A DNA stretch of 63,478 nt, filler included, from Welwitschia mirabilis (Eukaryota), in NCBI GenBank assembly GCA_051453625.1. It is 7 parts of one record of this genome, joined end to end, with 100 filler letters (N's around TTAATTAATTAA, not from the genome) between each part and the next. Parts side by side here need not be neighbours in the genome. Positions count along the whole stretch, not along the records: positions 25,016 to 32,192 come from JBOZIK010000001.1; positions 32,293 to 57,970 come from JBOZIK010000001.1; 5 more parts are not named here. One strand, given 5' to 3'. The notes under the pieces are model-generated. The model ran no database searches and had not been told where the DNA came from. It saw only the letters and a list, made by a program, of their open reading frames with translations. Positions 25,080-38,359 of the stretch are shown piece by piece. Numbering within the stretch: the first letter of the stretch is position 1; each line of letters begins with the position of its first letter. Position numbers and translations under genes: made by a program.

Positions 25080-26539
25080 CACTAAAAGACTCTGTTGTTT
25101 TGCCTAATGTCTCATGACATAGAGGATGATAATTATTGAATAACTGTCATTCCCTGTGTCATCTCCACGACATAAGATATGATAACTAAACTTAAGATTA
25201 TGTAAATCAATCATATAATTCAAGATCCTTACCTTCCTCTCAGTTAGAAAACTTGATGGCACTTCAATTTTGATGAGTATAACATTGAGAAAATCACTAA
25301 AACATCAAAATTTTCTTGGACATCCCCATTAGACCTCTTGAAATATTATTTTTGGTTAATTGGAAAAATTGAGCCTTGTCATACGATTCCTCACAGATCA
25401 CTGATTCAGAATCCATAATTTACTTTCAATTTTGAGCCTGATTTGATCAAAATTTTTAAGCCTACTTTCATCATATTGGCATTTACACAATTTTTTATTA
25501 CTACATTACATTTCATGAAAATTAAATTGGGAATCTAGATGTCCTCTATGCGTAAGGTATGACATAAAAATCTAGGATCAAATTGAATGTAATAAGGCTT
25601 TTGTTTTAACTGTCATCCCCACAACAAAGGGATGACAACTTAATTTTTAAGCTCGGCTATTTTGTACGATGGTGCCCTTTATTGTTCCCATGACATGNNN
25701 NNNNNNNNNNNNNNNNNNNNNNNNNNNNNNNNNNNNNNNNNNNNNNNNNNNNNNNNNNNNNNNNNNNNNNNNNNNNNNNNNNNNNNNNNNNNNNNNNATT
25801 TTGTACGGTGGTGCCCTTTATTGTTCCCATGACATGAGGGATGACAGCATGACAAACTTTTTATAAAACCATTTTTCTCCCTCATTTTCAAATCAAATCT
25901 AGTGCCACTTATCTCCTCTGACTTCTCTCAGGCGTCTCATCCATCTTTGAGCTTTGGAGCTGCTAATTACAAGTAATTGAGTCAAATTTCATCAAAATGA
26001 GGTAATTCTTTACTTTTTTTATGTTTCNNNNNNNNNNNNNNNNNNNNNNNNNNNNNNNNNNNNNNNNNNNNNNNNNNNNNNNNNNNNNNNNNNNNNNNNN
26101 NNNNNNNNNNNNNNNNNNNNNNNNNNNCAAATTTCATCAAAATGAGGAAATTCTTTACTTTTTTTATGTTTTAAATCTTTGAATTTTGCTCATTTCACGC
26201 ATTGTAGGCCATTTCATATGATTCCTTTTTAAACCCACCTGTATTTTTGGTCGATCTACGCTTAGAAACTTACAAAATTGAATTTTATCCATTAAATTCA
26301 AATTTATGAGTATTTTCTCATGAAATTCCATGTTTTTTACTTTTTGTAGTTTTTCACTCATTACGCACTCAATTTGTGATATTTTTTACCATATTAGGTA
26401 TTAAATCGATCCTTGTTTCATTAGTTATGATCTGGTTCTTACGAGAAAACATTTGGTTACCTATAAGCGTAGTTATGATTTTTTTTCCATTTTCTTTTAA
26501 ATGGAACATATCTATTTTGGTGGATTTTCATGCATTAAC

Positions 26540-27739
26540 ATAGGTACATCCTCTTCTTGAACCTACACATGCTCTACCATAGCCTGAGTAGCAGAACAAT
26601 AGGAATGAGAGGCTATTCTATAGAAGCGAAGGCATAACCTTGCTTCTACCATTTACTAGAGAGAAATGCATTTCAATGATTACATTTAGAGACTTAAGTC
26701 TAGTTTAGATGATGCACTGGAGGAGCTGAGTATCTAAGACTGGTTATTACATNNNNNNNNNNNNNNNNNNNNNNNNNNNNNNNNNNNNNNNNNNNNNNNN
26801 NNNNNNNNNNNNNNNNNNNNNNNNNNNNNNNNNNNNNNNNNNNNNNNNNNNNNNNNNNNNNNNNNNNNNNNNNNNNNNNNNNNNNNNNNNNNNNNNNNNN
26901 NNNNNNNNNNNNNNNNNNNNNNNNNNNNNNNNNNNNNNNNNNNNNNNNNNNNNNNNNNNNNNNNNNNNNNNNNNNNNNNNNNNNNNNNNNNNNNNNNNNN
27001 NNNNNNNNNNNNNNNNNNNNNNNNNNNNNNNNNNNNNNNNNNNNNNNNNNNNNNNCTCCAGTTTGTCATGACTTACATGTTATGAATTCCCATCTACATA
27101 TTCTAACCAATATTCAACTAATAAAGAGGATGGATTTAGCTACCTTCATGTGGCGCCGACTGAAACAGATGAGCACCCAGCACTGATTCTCTATCATTGC
27201 TTACCCCTGTCTACTAAGTGCTCTCTTCCGACGATTTGAGATCCTCATTCTGGAGGATAATCCTCATTTAGTATATATTATAGCTAATGATACATATTTT
27301 AGGTGACTGGGAATAGAGATACCTAGTATGCCTCCACCAGCTCCTGGTGAGGCCCCTACAGCACAGCCACCTCCTCATGGACAGCCGCAGGTAGCTAGAG
27401 ATTACTACATTATTAGGAGGGATGGAACAAAGGATATATTCACGAATTGATTAGCTGGAGGCATGTGTCCACACTATAGAGGAGCAGAGTTGAGCTACCA
27501 TGTAGCATAGTCAAGCCATCTTGCAGAGAGTGATTGATATTCAGCAAGATACTTCAGTGGCCATCCCTGAGGTAGTTCATGTCCATCATGATGCGACCAC
27601 ATCCAGCTTACATGAGTACATCTCTCACTTATTGCCAGAGGTTGATGAGCCTGTCATTGAGCCATCTATGGAGACAAGTGGCAAGGGCGATACTGACATG
27701 AAGGTTGAGTTTTGGTTATCTCCACACAAAGACTCATGA
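26540..27739 (+). pseudogene. Additional (env-like/aORF) reading-frame remnant upstream of the 3' LTR
   Basis: GC-richer island. From 27130: MDLATFMWRRLKQMSTQH*FSIIAYPCLLSALFRRFEI...LGIEIPSMPPPAPGEAPTAQPPPHGQPQ, then ORF 27521-27739 (coiled/acidic tail). It ends ~260 bp before the PPT/LTR, the position of the extra ORF in Athila elements. The 5' limit is uncertain because of a gap. Confidence 0.6.
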
Positions 27740-27996
27740 CTATTGATGTAGTTCTAAGTTTTATAAAAAACTATGTTTATCATTATACTTAGGCACATGT
27801 CTTTCTTTTGTAAAACTGGTAATCAACAATTATGCATTTATGATGACTTTCCTTTATTTTAAATTGCCAATTTATTTAGACATGCAATGTAATTTTTTGA
27901 TTTGATTTTGAAGTTTTCTTTCCTATTAATTTGGAATTACAAAGTCCTCTTTCGCTTTGTTTGTTAAAGGATTGACAAAATAATATATGGGGGCTA

Positions 27997-29163
27997 TGTT
28001 GCGATCCCAAATTATCATGTTTTAATGGTGTAATTGGTAATGTTTTGTAGGGAATAAGAATCCAATTCAGTCATTTTCACACACTTTGTTATGAATTAAT
28101 TTAACAGTCTAATTATAATAAGAAATATCATCTTTTTATCTAAAAGGATAGGAATTCAATCAAGGAACAAAATAAGGCAAAAAAGGGATGGAAGGACTAA
28201 GGAAATAATTGTCATCCTACATGTCGTCCTCACAACATAGGGTATAACAGAGCATGATATTAAATACAAGAGGTACATTAACTGCTGACGTGGCTGTCGT
28301 GGGCTATGTAATCCCCATGACATAGGAGATGACATAGCCGTTACTTGGAAATTTGAATAGCAATGGGATTCTAACATGGCAATCTATGATTAGCTGATAG
28401 AAGGTTATCGTTTTCACTATCATGCTCATGACAATAGTAACATGATAGTATCATAACGTCTTTCTAATTGAGTTAATTAAGGTCTAGTTTATACCTAATG
28501 ATGTCCCTTCGTCTGTACCGATCTATCTAACCCATAACGACCTTAGGAAAGCTATAAAAACCCTTATTTAGCATCATTTAGTCATCTTTTGGCATTGGAG
28601 TATTGTGTGACAAAGGCATCCAAGGAATCAAGGGTCTAATTCAGCATAGGAGAGATCATTCTTCGTGTGAAGGCTATGTTTCTGACATTGAGGAGTCACT
28701 ACCTTGCTGAGGTATTGTCAGACATTCCATTGATTTAATAAAATGTCTTTCTTCTTATCAAAATCTTATGATTTCTCTTATGATTTGTGTTAAAGTTTAG
28801 TTAATGCTATTTCTTAGATTAATTTTAAATTAGACACAGGTCATAAGGGCTGAGTTGGGTGACAACAACTCAGAAAATTGGTTATCATAGGCTTGCATTT
28901 CATTTCTCTTTCATACTTTGCATTGCACATTAGAATAGTTGCATTGTCAATTTCCTTTTTGTATGAGAAAAACACAAAATTGATTTAAACATTGGACTAA
29001 AATTTGAATCATATTCTTTATCATTCATGTGGTTGATTAGATTGTTGCCTTACACTTTCCAGATTACGACATTCGTTGGTCAATTCACCCTATAATAAGC
29101 CTAATTGCAATTTCCTTTTTATAGCATTGATTACTTTTGAAGTGCAAATGTAGGCCACCAACA
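27997..29163 (+). mobile_element. 3' LTR, Athila-like subfamily A (1167 bp)
   Basis: PPT ATATGGGGGCTA, then TGTTGCGATCCC...GCCACCAACA (TGTTG/CAACA inverted termini). GCTATAAAAA at ~28551. Confidence 0.9.
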
Positions 29164-29998
29164 ATGCACCTCATATGAAATGCTAAGATTTTATCTCTAA
29201 GTTTATCTCTAACTTCTAGGATTTTATTTCTAGAACCTTTGATATAAAACTATAAATAATCCATTATCCTTTCTTCTAAATTCATCATTTTGTATGGGAA
29301 TTTCTTGTGATGGAAGATTGAAGGATAAGAGATACATCTTATAATGTAGAGAGAAGTTTTTCTTACTGTTGGACTATGAATCCTCCATTCAGATGCTACT
29401 ACTTTGTAAGTGCATGTTGATTCAACTTTAATAAAAGATTTCTTTTCATCTATTATGTACATCTCCCTTATTGTTTATGTTAGTCATGATTTAGTAAGAG
29501 TTTCATAGTTGTTTAGGGTATAAGGATAACCTTTATTAAGTTTAATATCATTAGTTTAGTACTTGCATTTCATCTCGTATTGCATTTTCATAGCTTAATA
29601 GGTGTATTATCTATATTTCATTTGATGTATCTTATAGCTTATATTAGTTAGGGTTAAGTGACAGTTCTTCTTAATTAATCTAAGTTATAAGGGATCATCT
29701 TGATAACAAAAAGATTGGTAGTCAAATAGATTTATTATTTAATTTGTATTTCATCTATAAGAATTATATTTTCATTCATATTATGTTGTATTTTTGCCTT
29801 ATTTTTTGATTTCATTTACTTAAAGAAAAAACTAAAATACTTTATTAAAATCAATTCTATAACTTCTAGCTTAGTATCTTCAATGGGTAATGACATTCAG
29901 GTTAATTATTATCTATACTAGTGTGTTTTTTATGCAAGAATTTGTGGTTTACAAGATTTTATAAGGACTTCAAGATTGCATGAATTCACACTATAACA
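29164..29998 (+). mobile_element. 3' two-thirds of a subfamily B 5' LTR, followed by a decayed PBS (30002-30019)
   Basis: AAAACTATAAATA and GAAGATTGAAGGATAAGAGATACATC match 2109-2200. Ends CACACTATAACA-TTT-TGATATCATTACTAAG. Confidence 0.7.
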
Positions 29999-30523
29999 TT
30001 TTGATATCATTACTAAGTAAGGCTGCAAACAGCTAGAGGATTATCACTATCCTGATAAGTACCTTATATTTGGATCTAAGTTATTTATTTAAATGGTGCT
30101 ATATTTCTTTTCTAAATTTCATAGGTTTATTTTTTGCAATGTTTGTTTTTTTATAGCATTAATAATCCTTGTCATTCTCTTAGTTATTTAGATAGCATTA
30201 TGGATAATGGTTTATTATTCGTATTTTTTCTATTTTTCTATAAAATAATTTTATACTTTTTAGTAGCATAATAAAGTCAACATCATCTTATCTATCATTA
30301 GGATAACCAAGTGGATGACTGTCAGTGTTATTTTTGTTTCTACATTTTCCATAGTTTTTTCCTATTTCTACAAAATAACTATTACTCATTCTTCTATTAT
30401 CTAGGAATAATAAAAGAATGGCCATTACCCATTTTTTAAATTTTGAGAATAAAAAAATTATTATAAAAATGAAATATTAAAGGAAACAAAACTTGATCTT
30501 CACCTTGTACTTATATTTATTAC

Positions 30524-31622
30524 TATTGTGTCACCAACTTACATATATTTAATAGGGTATTCTGAGTTGTTTTACAAATAAATTAGTAGCTAAATGCTTA
30601 TTTCTTATGATAGTGAAGAACTAGGATAAAAAAGATGAAAACATGTAATTTCTAGGTAAATTACAAGCATTTTGTATAGATGTGGATAAATGACATTTTG
30701 GATAATGATTCCTGCAAATAAGAAAGCTATCAAACTAACTGAAGGTTGATAAAAAATCGTTATCCACATCATCATCCGGACATTAGTTACAGATAACATC
30801 GCTAACTAGTTGATAACATTTCACAAGCAGTTGGATAGGAAATTAGACCAGAGAAGACGAAGACCTCTATTAATTAGTCAACTTCATCTCCTTTATCATC
30901 TAGACAACTAGTAGTATGATACTATTTTTTTATACTTTAACTGAATGATCACTAGTGTTGTCACTACTTTATTATGACTTTTCTTTAAATGTTAGCTAGT
31001 GTTTTTCCCATACTCTTATATCAATTTACCTTCCTTTTTTTTATAATTAAGGGTATTTCCCTTAATTCCTAATCATCTTCGACAATACCTAACATACTCG
31101 TGACAGCAAATCTTGGGACTGAAGAACCATTCTATAATTACTTAGAGACATTCCCTTAGTATTGGGCAACATTTCCTCCATTGAGGAATGACTACTTTGT
31201 AATGCAGATGTGATATCCTTCTTATAATAAAGTATTGTCTTTTGTATACATGATTTTTCCCTCATATATTATGTTATTTTAGATTTAGTGACAAGCTTAT
31301 TTTCTGATATTGATTATGAGGGAAGCCTTTATCAAGTTTGAGCTTAGTTAGTTTAGATCCATCATTATTTTGCTTCCTAGATTAGGTTTTCATAAATATG
31401 TTTTATTGTTTCATTTCTATGGATTACATTTTATTTTAATAAGTTAGTATTACATAATTTTCTCTTGAAAGAAACTCTTTTATTTTCATACTTTAGCCCT
31501 TAATAGAATTATGACATTCAAATCACTCCCATCTATACTAGTGCATTGTGTTTGTGCATATTAATTATGATTAATAGGTTTTAGCTCAAGAGATAAATGT
31601 TGAATAAATACACATCGCAACA
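30524..31622 (+). mobile_element. Athila-like 5' LTR, with decayed PBS at 31626-31643 and leader to 32192
   Basis: TATTGTGTCACCAAC...ACACATCGCAACA-TCT-TGTTACCATTTCTAAGAA. Subterminal motif at ~31509. Confidence 0.72.
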
Positions 31623-33194
31623 TCTTGTTACCATTTCTAAGAAAGGCTGCTTGAAATTCGAGAGTTGTCATTACTTCGATGAATATTCCAAATATTTGTT
31701 GTAGTAGCGGTGTACTAGTACTTATTATAAGTTTTTTTGTTTCAATTTTTTTTCTACTAATCTCTAATGTCTAGATGTCACAGTTAGATGACTATTCTAT
31801 TTTTCTTCTTTTCCTCTTTTTGTGGTTTTCTGTGATTATGTCATTCAGGTTATCATCTAGACAACATACCAGATGGTACTCTTTGAGATCCAAGACTAAA
31901 TAGTTAATATTAGAAAAAGGAAAAATACTAGAGAGAGATAGTTAACTATTAAAAACATCAGAAAGGTTTGATAGATCTTAAAATCAAAATAAAGCAAAAC
32001 AGTGAAGATACATAAGATTTAGAATTTTCTATAATTTTTGTGTTTAATTTTGTAGACTCTGATTTTGCTACCATGTTGACCTCTAATTAAAATCTTAACT
32101 AAATCCACCCCCTATCATTAGAATCCTCACTTCTACTCCTTCTCAACCTAATACTCGTGCTACCTTAAGAGATCTTATCACAACCAAAAAACNNNNNNNN
32201 NNNNNNNNNNNNNNNNNNNNNNNNNNNNNNNNNNNNTTAATTAATTAANNNNNNNNNNNNNNNNNNNNNNNNNNNNNNNNNNNNNNNNNNNNAAAAAATC
32301 TATAAAAGTATAGAGTCTAAAAAAACATGATATGGAACATTTTGCTATCTTTAAATAAAATGCTAATTAAATAATGAAATAAGATAGCTCATTAAACTTA
32401 TTTAACTAAATATTAACTTTATAGATATATTTTAAAATTATGAGAAAACCCCCAGATCATAAAAATATTCTAGATAACTACTTTAGAATCTACGAGATAA
32501 GGTAGAATTATGCTAAACGAGTTGAATCTAGGATAGAAAAAATAAATAAGTAAGAAACTTAACTAAAATTAGTAACAACAAAATTAAAAAAAGTATGAGA
32601 GGAATAAAAAATTAGAAACTCTAAAGGAAATTAAAAAAAAAATGATGAAAATTGTAAGAAAGATATAAAGCATACCAAAATTCTTCAGAAATACTACAGA
32701 ATGACTTAAAATATCTTAAGGAAAGTAACTAAAAAAATGAAGAGACTAGACAAAAATAAATATAATAAATGAAGACTCCCACTATGAATTTATAGAAATA
32801 CATGGATTACATAGTGGTCAGCTGATGCTTTAGTTAGGTAGTCAACCATTTTAAAGATGAATAAAATAATTTATATAAAGGTAGTTAACCTTTCAATAAT
32901 AGAGTTAACTATTATGATCAGCCTCTTACTTAATAGGTCCACTAATCAAAGCCTAAGAAGGATAGAACCTCATGTAGCTGACCTAGTAGGTCATTCATAT
33001 GTTTAATAATTTATAGTAGTAAGCTAAACTACTTTAGATACACAAGAAAAGTATTAAAGTGGATAGAAGTTATAATTACAAGATAAGGTTATAACAAAAA
33101 AATTATATAGCATGAAGAAAAATAAAGTAAGAAAGAAAGATTAACTAACCTTCAAATGATAAGACGAAGAAAGATAGGTTTACAAATAAGGACC

Positions 33195-36100
33195 TAGATT
33201 TAAGGATTTTTAAAGATGATAAACTAGTTTTAAGAAAGGTGTTTTATTAGAATATTAGCCAATTCATGTTTTATAGGTACATATTTAATCTAGATATCCT
33301 TGAAATAAACATGAACTCAAATGAAATGATGATAGATGTCAACATAGTTCTTAAGTGAAGCATAAAGTTATTGGCTATATTTATGGAACTAGAATAATTA
33401 CAAAAAATTAGTGGATTGGATTCATGAATATCAAGGCCTTGTAAGGCATAAGAAATATAGAAGACTATGGCAACACAACTATCAAATGCTACATATTTAG
33501 ATTTAGTAATAAACAAGGCTATATATTTCTATTTCTTAGAGCTCAAACTAACTAAACATAATCCTAGAAAGTATTGATAACCACTAATTCTATTTTAATC
33601 ATGCCTAGAACTATGTCAATCAATATCACAAACTTTAGATAAATATAAAGAAGAATCTTTAGAAAATAAATGTCACATCCTAAGTCCTTTTTACATACTT
33701 CATAATTCTATTAATAGCTTTAAGATGATATTATTTCAGGTTCTATTAATACCTAGCAAATACTCCTACTGAAAATGTAATGATAAACTTTCTTAATATC
33801 AAGTAAAGTAGACTTCCATTCATGGTTTTATACATCGTTATCAACATCCTTTTCAATGTTATCTACATTTATTTTATCATTGGTTTCCATTAGTGTAGAT
33901 ATTAGTTTATAGTGTTTCAGTCCAAATTTATTTGCTAGTGTAAAATTGTATTGAGAAAAAAATATTACATCTAATTTATTCTTTAACTTATAATCAAATA
34001 AAAATATATGCCTTACTTAGATGGCTCACTTCAAAATAACCAGTCATAAGTTTGATGAACTCATGAGATATAGAGTCCATAGTTACTTCAAAGATAATGT
34101 CCTCAACATAAATTTATATAAACTAAAAAATATGAATTGATCTTTTTATCAAACAGAGTTTTATCTATGATTTACCTCTAATAATATCATCATCTAGGAG
34201 GAAAAAGGTAATTTTTTTCATACAATTCTCTTAGACTATTTGAGTCTATAAAGTGCTTTTGTTAAATATTGACATGATGAGGATACTTTAGTTTCTAAAA
34301 ACCATGGATGTTTTGATAAACATAGGTTCATTTAATTTTCTATTCAAGAGATCATGTTTTACATCCATTTGACAAATTTTGAAGTTTTAGAAATAATATA
34401 GAGTAAGAAAAATATGAATTAACTCTAATATAACAACCAGTGAAAAGGTTTTTCCAAAATTACTACCTTTCATTTATGGGTAACTTCTACTATAAACCTT
34501 ACTCACTTTCTTACCACTTGACAATTTTCATCTATTTTATTTTTAAATATCCATTTAATACTAATAACATTATGATCATTTGGCCTAGGAACAAGATTCC
34601 AAACTTCACTTTTTTCAAATTGATTAAGTTCTTATTACATAGCATTAAGCCAATATTTATCTTGTTTTGTTTCTTCAAAAAATTTTAATTCTAAACAAAC
34701 ATTTACACAAATAGTTTTACCTCATCAAATACATCATTGGCTACTAATTCGATGGAAAGATCCTTATGCATAAATATTTATTTATAAGTTGAAGTTTTCT
34801 TTTAAAAGATATGGAAGAGGAATGTAAAGAAGTAGAGTTTTATGTATTATATTAAATTATTTCAAAAATTAAATTTGCTTCATCATCTTCATTATCACTC
34901 TTGTGATTACTTTCATTAATCCTAATATGAACACATTTCTCAACTATACTTGAGTTTTATTTAAATACTCAATAGACTTTATGTATTTTAGAATATTCAA
35001 GAAAAATTTCTTTCGATGGCTCTAATTTAAACTTCTATTGTTATCATCATTATTTAGAATATAGCATTTGCTACCAAATATTTGAAAATAAGAAACATTT
35101 GGCCTTTTTTCTTTTTACTTTTCATAAGTACTTTTTGTTGTATTAGATCTAGGAAAGGCTCAGTTGTATGTGTAACGAGCATTATTAAGAACTTTAGTCG
35201 AAAATATTTTAGCTACATTTTTTCTTAAAGCATTATCCTATTCATCTCTTGAAGTAACATATCATTCCTTTAAATAAAACTAATTTGTTATGGAGTTCTA
35301 GAAGCTAAGAATTCATGGTAACAGCTTTCTTCTCATACCATTCATCAAATAATTCATTTTCAAATTCCTTTGCATGATAGTTTCTACTTTTCTTTATATT
35401 ATGATCAATTTCATTTTCTAATATCGTACTCAAGTTATAAAATTTTTTAAAATCTTCATTCTTGCATCCCAAAAATAATTCCCATGTGAATCTTAAAAAG
35501 TCATCAATAACATCTAATATATATTTCTTATAATTAAGATTCTTTATAGGGATAAGCTCTATAAGATTAAGATGAAGCAAATCTAAGGAATGTTGAGAAG
35601 ATACTTAATAAATATTATAGAAAAACTTTCAAGTTTGTTTTCCAAATTGGTAAACTCTACATGAATATCCTTTAACTTTTCTTAAGATTTAAATACCCTA
35701 AACAATACCATATTTTGAAATGTTATGGTAATTTGTCTAGTTAACACGACCTAATCATTTATGTTATAACTTATTATACTTAGATGAAATGAAAGATAAA
35801 TATTTATTACTTATTAATTATGTAATACGATAAACATTTTCATCCCTGTCATCTATTAATAAATTTTTTTCATGCTTATCTAAAACATGATAATTTAAAG
35901 TACTAAATAAAATATGCATACCTTTATTACAAATTTGGCTAATGTTGAGGAGGTTATGTTTTAGTTCATTTACATACAGAGAATTTTGAAATTTTGAAAA
36001 GTCCTTACTATTAATGGTGCTAACATGTTCTATGATTACTTTTCCATCTTCTCAAAAAATCATAGTTCCTCCATCACATTTATTCATTTTTTTGAATTTA

Positions 36101-36380
36101 CTTGTGTCTCCTATCATGTCCCTTGAGTAATAAATGTTAAGATACCAATGAACATAATTGGTAGTTATTAATCAAAAAAATTTTATGTGCCTTGTCATTA
36201 CTCCATCTAATATTTAAACTTAGTATTTTCTTAATAAATTGATAATCAACTAAATTTCTAAATATAGAAAGTACATTACTTAAGTGACAATTAAGTTTAG
36301 CATAATTAAACCTATTATAGAAATGACATATGAGAAATTTCTTACTTTTCTTGCTGAAGTTAATATTTTTAGAATACATT
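33195..36380 (-). pseudogene. Ty1/copia (Sirevirus-like) pol remnant in PR-INT-RT-RNaseH order
   Basis: PR: HMIGDTSKF...GG...YVNELKHNLLNISQIC (~35930-36125). INT ORF 35305-35580: LHLNL...KKYILDVIDDFLRFTWELFL...KEFEN. RT: VWNLVPRP (34581-34604) and QMDVK (~34358-34371). RNaseH ORF 33271-33516: SKYVAFDSCVA...IFCNYSSSINIANN. Many stops and frameshifts. Confidence 0.9.
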
Positions 36381-37030
36381 TGAGCATCATCTCATTCATA
36401 ACCTTTACCCTTAAAAAGAGATAAAGATTTTTTTAATAAGGCTAGTATAAAGGAGGAAGAGAGTGATGCAACAAACCAGTGGTGTTACAAAAAAAATACA
36501 AATAAAGAAATTTAAAAAATACTATAAAATTAGTAAAATATCAAAAGAAAAAATGGAATGTTAGGTTGATAATATCTTATATACTTGTCATATACATGGA
36601 AAAAACTATTAGGATTTACTCCTTAAGAGCTAGTTTATGTTAAAATTTACATTATTCCTATTAGTGTTGTATATCAATCTTATAGAACTATATATTTTTT
36701 AAGTTTAAAGTTTAATAAATATAATTTTAACATTAGTATTACCAAATTACATTACTTACATGAAATGCATAGGTTTCTCTTCACAAGCAACTCATTATAA
36801 AATCCTAAATGAAATATTATCATGATAAATGTTGCACCAAATATTTCAAACCTAAGTAGTTAGTTTCTTTTAAGTCTTACATTTATTTGATGCATGAAAA
36901 GTTTGTCTCTTAATGACTTGGTTCTTATGATATTAACACTTCTTATCCTAAGGGATCTATCTTTATTTAAAGCATAGATATGTCTCAATGTTTTAAAATT
37001 AATGATCACCATCATAAACCTTTTTTTTCT

Positions 37031-38359
37031 TAACTAATTCACCTATTACCATAAATATTGTCATAAAGGTTATTCTTTCCAATTACATTCAATGAAAGAG
37101 GGATTCTTCCCCTTATGTCCTCACTTAGGGCTTTGTTGCTAGTTTTGAGAGAATGCTTGTTTTGAATACCAATGCCTATTAAATATTTTATTACCTAGTC
37201 TCTTTTCTCTTAGTTTTATTCTAACTTATTTTTATATTCTTTATTCTTTTCCTCTTCTTATTTATTTTTACTTTCTTTATTCCTCTTTCTCTTTTTATTT
37301 TTCTTTCTTTTCCTTTACTTTTCATCATTATTACCCTATTGTTAATGATGATAGACCAATAATGTAGAGTAATTAATGTTTTATCATTATGATAGATTAA
37401 CAATAAGCTCTTGTCATTTTATTATCATTCCAATAAGTTGATAATATCTTTAGTTTTTTTTATAATCAATTTTCTCTTCATTATTAGTCGCTATTAACAA
37501 AATATTAACAATATCCTATACACATAGTTTTTAAAACTCATTTCTATATGTTGTTTTCTTTCATTCATTTTATGAATTTCCTTTGGAATCTTCCATCCTC
37601 TTTGAAATACTTCTTGTGCTATCATCTAATGCTTGTATACCTTCATGCCCTCAGTCTACATTTGTTGTAATGTTATTCTTTATTAACATGAGGTACTAAC
37701 AAATTAACCTATTACCATCAATATTATCATAAAGGTTATTCTTTACAATTACATTTAATGGAAGGGGGATTCTTCCCCTTATGTCCTCACTTAGTGCTTC
37801 GCTGCTAATTTTGAGAGAATGCTTGTTTTTAATACTAATACCTCTTAAATACTTTTTTACTTATTCTCTTTTCTCTTAGTTTCCTTCTAACTTATTTTTG
37901 TCTTCTTTTTTTCCCTCTTCTTATTTATTTTTATTTTCTTTATTCCTCTTTCTCTTTTTATTTTTCTTTATTTTCCTTTACTTTTCATCATTATTTCTTT
38001 ATCTTTGATGATGATAGACCAATAGTACAGAGTAACTAACCTTTTGTTATGATGAAAAATTAACAATGAGCTCTTGTCATCTTATTGTCATTCCAACAAG
38101 TTGATAATATATTTAATTATTTTTTATAATCAACTTTCTCTTCATTATTATTCATTATCAACAAAATATTAATAATATCCTATACACATAGTTGTTTCAT
38201 TTCTATATGTTGTTTTCTTTCATTCATTTTATGAATTTCCTTTGGAATCTTTCATCCTCTTTGAAATACTTCTTGTGCTATCATCTAATGATTTTATACC
38301 TTCATGTCCTTAGGCTACATTTGTTGTAATTTCATTCTTTATTAACATGAGGTACTAAC
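37031..38359. repeat. Head-to-tail duplication of a ~665-bp unit
   Basis: Units start TAAC.AATT.ACCTATTACCAT (37031 and 37697) and end ATTAACATGAGGTACTAAC (37700 and 38359). Scattered substitutions and small indels, with no gap between them. Confidence 0.92.

Noticed and set aside
27151..27160. TGGCGCCGAC as a primer binding site
   Set aside because: No adjacent LTR end. It lies inside the extra ORF (W-R-R codons).
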